DNA of 64,000 nt, from positions 4,096,001 to 4,160,000 of the forward strand of contig JASGHG010000001.1 of the NCBI GenBank assembly GCA_047602425.1, given 5' to 3'. Position numbers and translations under genes: made by a program. Positions 10,100-20,671 of the stretch are shown here, one piece after another. The stretch comes from Nibricoccus sp. (lineage in GTDB: Bacteria > Verrucomicrobiota > Verrucomicrobiia > Opitutales > Opitutaceae). The notes under the pieces were generated by a model. It had not been told where the DNA came from and made no database searches. It worked only from the letters and a program-made list of their open reading frames with translations. How positions within the stretch are numbered: the first letter of the stretch is position 1; each line of letters starts with the position of its first letter.

Positions 10100-11281
10100 T
10101 TACGCCGTGATCGTGTCGAGCGAGCAGCTGTCGCCGGTGTGCGGGGTTTCGCAGTTGGGGCGGGCGATGACGCCGGGGTAGGGTTCGGGGGAAAATTCCT
10201 TGGTGGGCTCGGCGAGGAGATGGCGGTCGCAGATGGCGAAAAGTTCGGCTTCGGTCAGTGCGCGACGCATGTCGTGGATGAAGGCGCCGGTTGGGTCCAC
10301 ACTTTGGCCGACGAAGTTGAGGTACTTCTTCATTTTGGCGACGTGGAGTTTCTCAGGTAGCTCAGGCGTCTGCGTGGCACGGTAGAGGTGCTCGATATAG
10401 TCGCGGACGTTGGCGAGGGTAGGGCGGAAGACGGAAGGATGTAGCGCGGACTGGGATTCAGGGTAGGGCGCGACCGCCGGGCGCGCCGGGTTTTCGGACG
10501 GCCAGGGCTGGCCGTCCCTACCTGATGCAGGCGGATTTTTCACCTCCGCGGCGGCGAAATGTTCGCGGCACTGGCGGAAGATCCACGGGTTGCGGATGGC
10601 GTGGCGGTCGATCATCACGCCGGCGGCGCGGGTGGTGGCGAGGACACTGGAGGCTTTGGCGGCGGTGGCGATTTCACCGTTAGCAAGCACGGGGCAGCGG
10701 ACGCGGGCGACGGCGCGGGCGATTTCGTCGTAGTGAACGCCGCTGCGGTACATTTCTTTCACAGTGCGGCCGTGTACGGTGAGCAGGTCGACGCGGTGCT
10801 CATTGACGAGGTCGAGGATCTGTTCGAAGTGGCGTGTATCCTCGAAGCCGATACGCATCTTGACGGTGAAGAGTCCGGGGACGGCGGCGCGAAGAGCGCC
10901 GAAGATTTCGGCGATTTTATCGGGTTCCCGCAGGAGACCGCCACCGACGTTTTTTTTGTAAACTTTGGGCGCGGGGCAGCCGAGGTTGAGGTCGATGCCG
11001 GCCACGGGATGGCGGAGAAGTTCCTCGATGGTGCGCGTGAGGTAGGTGATATTCTCGCCGATGAGCTGGGCAAAAACGGGGCGGCCCGTTGTGTTCTCAT
11101 CGATGGAGCGAAGGATGTGTTTTTCCGGATGCGATTGGGCATGTACGCGGAGAAATTCGGTGACGTAATAATCGGGCGCGCCGTAGTGGGCGATCACACG
11201 CATGAACGCGAGGTCGGTGACGTCCTGCATCGGTGCAAGCGCGGTAAGCGGCTGGCCGGGGATGATGGGCGCGGGGAGCAT
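10100..11281 (-). CDS. dus: tRNA-dihydrouridine synthase (Dus family) with in-frame REP-derived insertion
   Basis: LAPMQDVTD, DLNLGCP, TVKMRIG, VHGRT, ANGEI, NPWIF; start ATG 11281. Confidence 0.88.
   Translation of the reverse strand: MLPAPIIPGQPLTALAPMQDVTDLAFMRVIAHYGAPDYYVTEFLRVHAQSHPEKHILRSIDENTTGRPVFAQLIGENITYLTRTIEELLRHPVAGIDLNLGCPAPKVYKKNVGGGLLREPDKIAEIFGALRAAVPGLFTVKMRIGFEDTRHFEQILDLVNEHRVDLLTVHGRTVKEMYRSGVHYDEIARAVARVRCPVLANGEIATAAKASSVLATTRAAGVMIDRHAIRNPWIFRQCREHFAAAEVKNPPASGRDGQPWPSENPARPAVAPYPESQSALHPSVFRPTLANVRDYIEHLYRATQTPELPEKLHVAKMKKYLNFVGQSVDPTGAFIHDMRRALTEAELFAICDRHLLAEPTKEFSPEPYPGVIARPNCETPHTGDSCSLDTITA
10462..10522. repeat. GTAG-type REP doublet (REPIN-like) inside dus coding sequence
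   Basis: GGTAG-GGCGCG-accgc-cgggCGCGCC...CGGACGGCCAG-gg-CTGGCCGTCC-CTACC: two inverted GTAG-headed hairpins; related unit at 13027-13051. Confidence 0.75.
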
Positions 11282-11286
11282 GGGAA

Positions 11287-11409
11287 CCAGAGGGCAGAAG
11301 CCAGATGCCAGAAGCCGGAGGCCGGATTCGGAGGGCAGAGGTGAAGACAGATTGTCGTTGCGAAGACGTTTTAGATTCTGGCTTCTGGCCTCTGTCCTCT
11401 GGCTTCTGG
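11287..11409. repeat. Inverted pair of degenerate heptamer tandem repeats (CCAGAAG)n ... (CTTCTGG)n
   Basis: Six units at 11287-11328 and five complementary units at 11375-11409 in the intergenic space. Confidence 0.8.
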
Positions 11410-11411
11410 TT

Positions 11412-11927
11412 TTACTTGTCCTCTTCTTCCTCCTCGGGGTCGGGATCGATATCATCGTCGTCCTCGGTGGCTTCCTCGGTTTCGGCGGCTTGCTGCTTGA
11501 GCACGCGTTCGAGGATCTCGGACATGTCTTCAGAGGAGTCGAAAACTTTTCGGGCGACGTAGATCGGGCGTTTTTGCTGAAGTGCGAGCACAGTGGCGTC
11601 GCTTGGGCGGGCGTCGAGTTCGACGAGTTTTTTGCTCACTTCGTTTTCCATCCGCAGGAGGATGCGCGCGAAAAAGGTGCCGGCGTTGACGTCGTTGATG
11701 ACGATGTGGTCGAGCTTCACGTCGAGCCCGAGGAAAATATGGCCGATGAGATCGTGAGTGAGCGGACGTTCTTTTTTGACGCCGTCGAGGGTCATCTGAA
11801 TCGCGTTGCCCACGGAGTGGTCAACGTAGATGACGAAGGTTTTGTCGTCATTGCCCAGGAACACGGCACAGCCGTTGGCAGTGGGCATCACGCCTTTGAC
11901 GTCGACTGTGACTACATCATGTTTCAT
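11412..11927 (-). CDS. Bifunctional nuclease family (DUF151) protein
   Basis: RPLTHDL, TFFARI, LDARPSDA motifs; acidic tail. Confidence 0.9.
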   Translation of the reverse strand: MKHDVVTVDVKGVMPTANGCAVFLGNDDKTFVIYVDHSVGNAIQMTLDGVKKERPLTHDLIGHIFLGLDVKLDHIVINDVNAGTFFARILLRMENEVSKKLVELDARPSDATVLALQQKRPIYVARKVFDSSEDMSEILERVLKQQAAETEEATEDDDDIDPDPEEEEEDK

Positions 11928-12034
11928 GGGTGCGAAACTTGGGCGGGGCGCCGACGAAGCGCAAGTCTGGGAAGGACGAAGCTGACGGCGGAAGGAGAGA
12001 AAGATAAAGAGAACGAGAAAGATCAGGACGGTGC

Positions 12035-12877
12035 TTACTCGAAGCCAAGGAGGGAGATGCCCCAGGATTTGGCTTGGGCAAGGACGGCAGGTTTATCGAT
12101 CATGATGACTTTGCCGGCTTCAAGCGCCGCGGTTTGCAGGCCGGCTTCGCGCATCGTTTCGAGGGTGCGCAAGCCGAAGCAGGGAACATCGAAACGGTAG
12201 TCTTGATTGGCCTTCACGGTTTTCACAAAAAGGGCGTTATCGGTTTTAAATTCGCCAGCGCGCCGAATCATGGCGTCCGTGCCTTCGAAGGCTTCCACGG
12301 CGAGGACCGTGCCTTTGCGCACCACGCAGCCCTGTCCGATGTCGAGACGGGCGGACTCGCGGGCGATGTGGATGCCGTGGTCGACATAGTCTTTTTCGAT
12401 CGGGAACTTACCGCCGGTCATGACGCCGGGACTCGCCATGTGATCGTCGATGAAGGCGCGCGCATCCAACATGTGGATACCAAGTTTTTCGATTTCGGCG
12501 ACGAGCGCGCCGAAGATGGTCTCGGCATTGCGACGCTTGAGGGAAAAGAGAATGCGGGCGGCTTTGAGATCGGGATGCAAACCCTTGAAAAGGCGGCGCG
12601 GAGTGATCTGGCCAGCCATGAGAGCGTAGCCGGCCTTGAATTGTTCGAGGGTTTTCAGCGCTTTGCCGAGTTGGCCGACAAGAAGGGTGCGGCGCTCATC
12701 GTCCGGTACGGAATTGACGAGGTCGGGACGGGTTTCCTCTTCGAAGGCGATGAGGCGAAGCGGCACCCCGGCGCGACGAATGGCATTGGCGATGAGGATT
12801 GGATAGACACCCTGGCCGGCGATGAGGGCGACGGGTTTCTTCGGATCAAAGTCTTTCGGAAGAAAGGCGGAGAGCAC
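12035..12877 (-). CDS. lpxI: UDP-2,3-diacylglucosamine diphosphatase
   Basis: LIAGQGVYP, LDIGQGCVV, AVEAFEGTD, QDYRFDVPCFG motifs. Confidence 0.9.
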   Translation of the reverse strand: MLSAFLPKDFDPKKPVALIAGQGVYPILIANAIRRAGVPLRLIAFEEETRPDLVNSVPDDERRTLLVGQLGKALKTLEQFKAGYALMAGQITPRRLFKGLHPDLKAARILFSLKRRNAETIFGALVAEIEKLGIHMLDARAFIDDHMASPGVMTGGKFPIEKDYVDHGIHIARESARLDIGQGCVVRKGTVLAVEAFEGTDAMIRRAGEFKTDNALFVKTVKANQDYRFDVPCFGLRTLETMREAGLQTAALEAGKVIMIDKPAVLAQAKSWGISLLGFE

Positions 12878-13026
12878 GGAAAGAGAAAGGCTGAAAGACG
12901 GAAGGGCTGAAAGGCTGAAATTCTGGAACCGCTAATTGTCACTAATGGATGCTGATTCGGAGGTAGGATTTTTTAACCACTGATGATCGCTTAGGGACAC
13001 TGATTTTTTGGAACCACGCCGAGTGG

Positions 13027-13051
13027 CGGACGGCCCGGCGGTCCGTCTACC
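13027..13051 (-). repeat. Single GTAG-type REP unit
   Basis: Reverse complement GGTAGACGGACCGCCGGGCCGTCCG resembles both halves of the doublet at 10462-10522. Confidence 0.65.
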
Positions 13052-13054
13052 TTT

Positions 13055-15208
13055 TCACGTCTGCGTCCCGTAGTATTTTTTGTAGCTCCGGTAGTAGCGG
13101 TAGTTGGAATAATACTCGATGCGGCGGGTGGAGAGGCCGTTGAGGACGATGCCGAGGATTTCGTTTTTGCCAGTTTGGAGCGAACGGATGTAGAGCTTGA
13201 TGTGCTTGCGGAGGGCTTTGCCGAACCGGCAGACATAAATAACCTCGTCGGCGCGTTCGGCGATAAGTTGCGAATCGGTGACGGCACCCATCGGAGGCGA
13301 ATCGATGACGACGAGATCGAAGTTCTTTTTGAGATGTTCGATGAGCTGGCCGAACGCGGGGCTTTCAAGCAGTTGGGTCGGACTCTTCGAGCGACCGCCC
13401 GAGCAAAGGAGAAACAGATTGTCGCCGATTTTGGTGATGCCGAGGTTGGAGTTTTTTATGACGTCGCCCTCGAGCGTGCCACCTTTGTCATACCAAGCCA
13501 TGATGCCATTATCATTGGGCTGGTTGTAGTGGCGGTGGAGCATGGGTCGGCGCAGATCGCAATCGACGAGGAGCGTCTTGCGTCCATGGCGGGCGAAGCC
13601 GGCGGCGACGTTGCAGGAGACCAGACTTTTGCCTTCCCCGGGGATGGTGCTGGTGACGAGAAGGGACTTTGGGAAGTCGAGCTTGGAGTGGATTTTGACC
13701 GAGCTGTAGATGCTAAGGAACGCCTCGACGCCGGGAGCTTCGTTGTTTTTCAGGACAAGCGAATATTTTTCGTCGTCCTTCAAGTGACCGAGGTCGGGCA
13801 CGATGCCGAGGAGCGGCACGCCGATGAAGTGTTCGACGTCCCACGAACTTTTAATGCGGTCGTCGATGAAGCTGAGGCCGAGCGCGACGCCGAAAAACAC
13901 AGCGAGACCCACACCGATGCAGGTCTGGATGATGTTGCCCATTCTTGGGGTAAAAGGAGCGCCGACGGGCGTGGCGCGGTCGAGAACATGGACGGGAATT
14001 TTTTCGATGCCGCGACTGGTGTTGGCCTGGCTGAGCCGGTCGAGGATCTGTGCGTAATTGCTTTTGGCGACGGCGGCCTGGTTTTCGAGGCTTTTGAAAT
14101 CGACGGCGAGATCGCGCAGGCGAATTTGCTCCTGTTCGTTGGTTGAGAACTCGGCTTCGAGATTTTTCTCGTCAGCGCGGGTTTTTTCGAGGCTGGCACG
14201 GAGATCGGCGATGGCGAGATCAATGGCGCGGTTCATTTGCTCGCGGGAAGCGGCAATGGCGTTGGCGATATCGATCATCTTGGGATGACGCTCGAAGTAG
14301 CGTTCGCCGAGGACGGTTTGCTGGCGGGAGAGCTCCGCGAGCTGGGTGCGAAGTGCAGGAATGTTGCCGTGGCTGGAGATGAAACCCAACTCCAGCAGAT
14401 TCTGGGAATTGGCTTTGTAGGTATCGACTTGTTTGACGGCTTCCTCGATTTTATAACGCTCCTGGCGACAGGCCACCAAGGCGTTGTTCACGGATTTGAG
14501 GCGGTCGGCGACGATATTGACACTGTTGTCGAGCGAAACGAGGCGATGCTCCTTCATGTAGACCTGAAGCTTTTGGTCGGCGGCCTCGGCCTCCTTGCGG
14601 AGGCGTTCTGCGATTTTCCCGAGATTTTCGACGGCGAAATCGTTTTTGCCTCCGACGGTGTCGAGGAGGTATTGCATGAACTGATCGACGACGCGGTTGG
14701 CGATGAGGGCGGCGGCCTCCGGATCGCGGTGCGCGGCGTTGACGATGATCATGAAGCTGCGGGGAACCGGCGAGATGGTGACGTTGCCGAGGATGGCGCT
14801 GGGGTGGGGCAGGGATTGGCCGGGTTGGATTTCCGCAAGGTAGGGGCGCTGGAGAATTTTTATTTCGTCGGGAGTGAGCGATTCGATGACCTTGGTACGG
14901 AGTTTATTGCTGCGGAGGATTTGGAGATAGGTATTGAGATCGGCATCGCTGGTGATGCTCTGGTCGACGATTTCCTGGCTGATGACGACGCGTTCGGGTT
15001 TTTCGATCTGCATCGTGGCCGTGCTCTGAAACTGGGGCTTGGCGCGGGCCTGCCAGTAGCCCAGCCCTATAGAAACGAGGAGAGCGAGGGGAAGGGCGAT
15101 CCAGAGCCGTTCGCGCAGGATGATGAGATAATCGCGCAAGGTGCGGCGCTCGGTGACGGAATCGCCATGGGAGGGGGAGGCGGAGGGGCTCAGCGACGCG
15201 TCGGACAT
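13055..15208 (-). CDS. wzc: Polysaccharide co-polymerase / BY-kinase (Wzc/GumC family)
   Basis: N-terminal TM, coiled coil, second TM, Walker A PGEGKS, DCDLRRP, IDSPP, Tyr cluster YYSNYRYYRSYKKYY. Confidence 0.9.
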   Translation of the reverse strand: MSDASLSPSASPSHGDSVTERRTLRDYLIILRERLWIALPLALLVSIGLGYWQARAKPQFQSTATMQIEKPERVVISQEIVDQSITSDADLNTYLQILRSNKLRTKVIESLTPDEIKILQRPYLAEIQPGQSLPHPSAILGNVTISPVPRSFMIIVNAAHRDPEAAALIANRVVDQFMQYLLDTVGGKNDFAVENLGKIAERLRKEAEAADQKLQVYMKEHRLVSLDNSVNIVADRLKSVNNALVACRQERYKIEEAVKQVDTYKANSQNLLELGFISSHGNIPALRTQLAELSRQQTVLGERYFERHPKMIDIANAIAASREQMNRAIDLAIADLRASLEKTRADEKNLEAEFSTNEQEQIRLRDLAVDFKSLENQAAVAKSNYAQILDRLSQANTSRGIEKIPVHVLDRATPVGAPFTPRMGNIIQTCIGVGLAVFFGVALGLSFIDDRIKSSWDVEHFIGVPLLGIVPDLGHLKDDEKYSLVLKNNEAPGVEAFLSIYSSVKIHSKLDFPKSLLVTSTIPGEGKSLVSCNVAAGFARHGRKTLLVDCDLRRPMLHRHYNQPNDNGIMAWYDKGGTLEGDVIKNSNLGITKIGDNLFLLCSGGRSKSPTQLLESPAFGQLIEHLKKNFDLVVIDSPPMGAVTDSQLIAERADEVIYVCRFGKALRKHIKLYIRSLQTGKNEILGIVLNGLSTRRIEYYSNYRYYRSYKKYYGTQT

Positions 15209-15217
15209 GGTTTTAGT

Positions 15218-15844
15218 TCAAATGATGCGTTCGGGAACGTAGACGATGTCACCGGGGAGAAGGAGAAGCGAATTGTCGGTGGCCTTGGCTTTGTCGCGTC
15301 CTCTGATGAGACTTTCGATGTCGATCGTGAAAACGGATTTCTTTCCGTCCGGGGAAATGCGGGTGACCGTGATGGCGGTGCCGCGCGCGGTATCGGTGAG
15401 GCCGCCGGCTTTGGTGACGAGTTCGAGCACCGTCATGCTCGCCTCGATCGGAAGTGGGTAGCGGCCGGGGTTTCGCACCATGCCTTGAATTGAAACCTCA
15501 CGAGGGGCGTATTCCTCAATGTTGATCGTGACCTGCGGGTTCTTCAGATAGCGACCGTTGCGGTAGGCGGTTTCGATGGATTTTTGGGCCTCGCTGACGG
15601 TTTGGCCGAGTACGTTGACTTCGCCGACGAGAGGAAGATTGACCGTGCCCTTGGCGTCGACGCGGGCGATGACCGAAAGATCCTCCTCCTGATACACGGC
15701 GATACGAAGGCGGTCGGTGCAGGCGATGGTGTAGGAAAGCGCCGGGCGGGCGGCTGATTCCTCCGCACGGAGCGAAGTGGACGCGTGCAAAAGGAGAGCG
15801 AAAATTGCGGCGAACCAGATGAGGGGTGAGCGGAGCAGGCTCAT
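15218..15844 (-). CDS. Polysaccharide export protein (Wza/GumB family, SLBB domain)
   Basis: DRLRIAVYQEEDL, VNLPLVGEV, GMVRNPGRY, AGGLT, LLPGDIVYVPERI; start ATG 15844 assumed. Confidence 0.88.
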   Translation of the reverse strand: MSLLRSPLIWFAAIFALLLHASTSLRAEESAARPALSYTIACTDRLRIAVYQEEDLSVIARVDAKGTVNLPLVGEVNVLGQTVSEAQKSIETAYRNGRYLKNPQVTINIEEYAPREVSIQGMVRNPGRYPLPIEASMTVLELVTKAGGLTDTARGTAITVTRISPDGKKSVFTIDIESLIRGRDKAKATDNSLLLLPGDIVYVPERII

Positions 15845-15860
15845 ATCACGTGCGAAGTGT

Positions 15861-17021
15861 TTACCAACGCGAAGTGACAAGCAATGAAATCGTGCGGCGG
15901 ATAAAGTCGGCCTGGTCGAGCTTTGACCAGTTTTTATACCAGAGGCCGGTGAAAGTGATTTTCAGATGATCGTTGAGTGTGTAGGCGAAACCTAGATTGG
16001 CGGTGGCGTAGGTGTCGCGCCGACCATCGCTGAGGGAACCAAGGTAGCGGAGATGCCCGCCTCCGCCTCCACCGAAAAGCGCAATCCGGCCGGTGGTGGC
16101 GAAGCTGGTGCTCAACGCGGCAGCGGTGTTGTCGACGTTGATATCGGTAGCGAGCGTGGTGAAGTCGCGCGAGGCGATGCCTGTCACGGTGAAGCGTTTC
16201 GAAACCGTCCACGTGGCCGAAGTCGCAGTGGTGAAAGCGGAGAAAGTTTCGTCGTTGCGACCGAGATTATTGCGATCGGTCTGGCGAAATTGATAACCGA
16301 GGCGGACGGTGCCGTTGAGTTTGGGAAGGAGTTTGCCGGTGGTGCCGAGGGTAAACGCGTGGTCGTAGCTGCGAGTGCTGTTGGTCGTATCCGTTATCCG
16401 GAGACGGTAGCCGCCAAGGATGTCGCGTTGGGAGGTATAGACGTAGAAAAGGTCGGCGCCGGCGGTGGCCGTGCGGATGTCGAAAAGGTTAGGGTTGTTG
16501 ACGTAATCCTGATAGTTGTAGGCGAGTTGGCCGGAAATCGAGTAGCGCTCAATGACGGGGTACTTGACGTTCAGGCCGGTGTCGTAGTCCCACGAAACGG
16601 TGCGGAGATTGAGGGCATATTCCGTGCGGCTCTGGCGCTGGGCGCCGAGCGTCAGCGAACCGGTGGTGCGGCCGGTGCCTTTGGTGATCTCGGCGCGAGC
16701 GTAGGGATCAGCGTAACTTTCAGACGTGTTGCTGGCAAACTGGCCGAAATTCCAACCAAGGTTGGCATTGACGCCGAGGATGCCGGCTTTGCGCTGATAT
16801 TCGAGGGCAAGCGATTCGGTGAAAATCGTATCACTTTGGGCGTTGGCATCGGCGTAGATGTTGGAGTCGTAAGTGATTCCCGCGGTGCCGGTGATGAAAA
16901 TTTCGTCATGGCCATCGTTGAACTTCACGATGGCGCGGGCCGGGCCGGCGAGGGCTGCAAAAAGCAGCAATCCGGCTATGGCGGTTTTGACTGGTTTGGC
17001 GAAGGCGTGTGGTCTCATCAA
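15861..17021 (-). CDS. Outer-membrane beta-barrel protein associated with polysaccharide export
   Basis: Signal peptide, YDSNIY motif, alternating amphipathic strands, terminal aromatic residue; operonic with wza/wzc. Confidence 0.8.
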   Translation of the reverse strand: MMRPHAFAKPVKTAIAGLLLFAALAGPARAIVKFNDGHDEIFITGTAGITYDSNIYADANAQSDTIFTESLALEYQRKAGILGVNANLGWNFGQFASNTSESYADPYARAEITKGTGRTTGSLTLGAQRQSRTEYALNLRTVSWDYDTGLNVKYPVIERYSISGQLAYNYQDYVNNPNLFDIRTATAGADLFYVYTSQRDILGGYRLRITDTTNSTRSYDHAFTLGTTGKLLPKLNGTVRLGYQFRQTDRNNLGRNDETFSAFTTATSATWTVSKRFTVTGIASRDFTTLATDINVDNTAAALSTSFATTGRIALFGGGGGGHLRYLGSLSDGRRDTYATANLGFAYTLNDHLKITFTGLWYKNWSKLDQADFIRRTISLLVTSRW

Positions 17022-17043
17022 AAAATCGCGCGCCCCGCGCTGC

Positions 17044-17867
17044 TCACCGGTTGATCCGGGACGGGCTCACGGTGAATTGTGTCGGCAGGTCGGCCGGCTT
17101 GATCTGGACGGGGCGGATTTCGTCGCGTTCGGCCGTCTCAAAATAAACGGTGCGACGGGCCATGCATGCGACGGAAACTTGATCGTCGGCCTTTGCGGTG
17201 GCTTCGGGCGAAAGGGTGCGGACGGTGACAGCCGACGGTTGGTTGGCCCGGCTTTGCGGAGGACGGCCTGCTGTCCGGCCTTGAGCGTCTGGCTGCTGCC
17301 GGTGGTTGGATCTATTGCAGTGATGTCGCCGTCGAGCACGGAAACGACCGTTTCGTTGTCGGCGGTTTCAACGAGGACCTTGCGACCGCGGATGTTGAAG
17401 GTGCCGTGCGGAGTCAGAAAAGTGAGAGAGCTGCCGGCGACCATGCGGCTGCCGCATGCGCTGAAGGATCCCTGTGAAATGTTCAGGACCGTTTGGGAGA
17501 TCGACGGCTCGACATCGAGGTCGTTGCGATTGGGCGTGAACGGTTCCTGCAGGAACTTTTTAACTTCGAGGCGGCTATTCGGGTTGAGCGTGACCGAGTT
17601 GCCGTTTGAGAACACCAGCGTCGCTGTCGCATCGGCCTTGGTTTCGATCGTGGAGCCCTCGATGGAATAGGCGGATTTGACGGTGAGCGGCTCGATCTTG
17701 TCGCCGTTGTTGATCAACGTTTCGCCTTTGGCATCTGCGATGAAAACCTTGCTGGTCGGATTTTTCCGGCCGGCAGCGTGGGCGGCTCCCACAAAAATGA
17801 AACTCACGGCGAGGGTGGCGACGCAGGCAAAAACTGGGGAAACACGGCTCGTTTTCATGGCGCCCAT
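17044..17867 (-). CDS. FecR-domain periplasmic protein, apparently frameshifted near 17245
   Basis: IETKADATATLVFSNG..LNPNSRLEV, TPHGTFNIRG, VSVLDG, LKAGQQA FecR pattern; a more protein-like C-terminus continues in another frame to TGA at 17044-17046. Confidence 0.7.
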
Positions 17868-17989
17868 GGTGATTTAGCGGGGGTGCGATGCCAATGATAA
17901 TGCAAGATAAATGCAATTTTTACAAGTTACCCACTCGGAATGGGCAACTTGGTCTGATTTAAGCCGTAACGTAGGGAAATCCCCTTAAT

Positions 17990-20566
<2,577 letters not shown>

Positions 20567-20671
20567 CGGAAAATAGAAACCGCCACAATGAAGGAAGCCC
20601 ACCCCGTGCGTCAATGGCGGCATACGAAGGGAAATTTGCCTGCGGAAAGCCTGCCCGTGTTGTGGCGGGCC

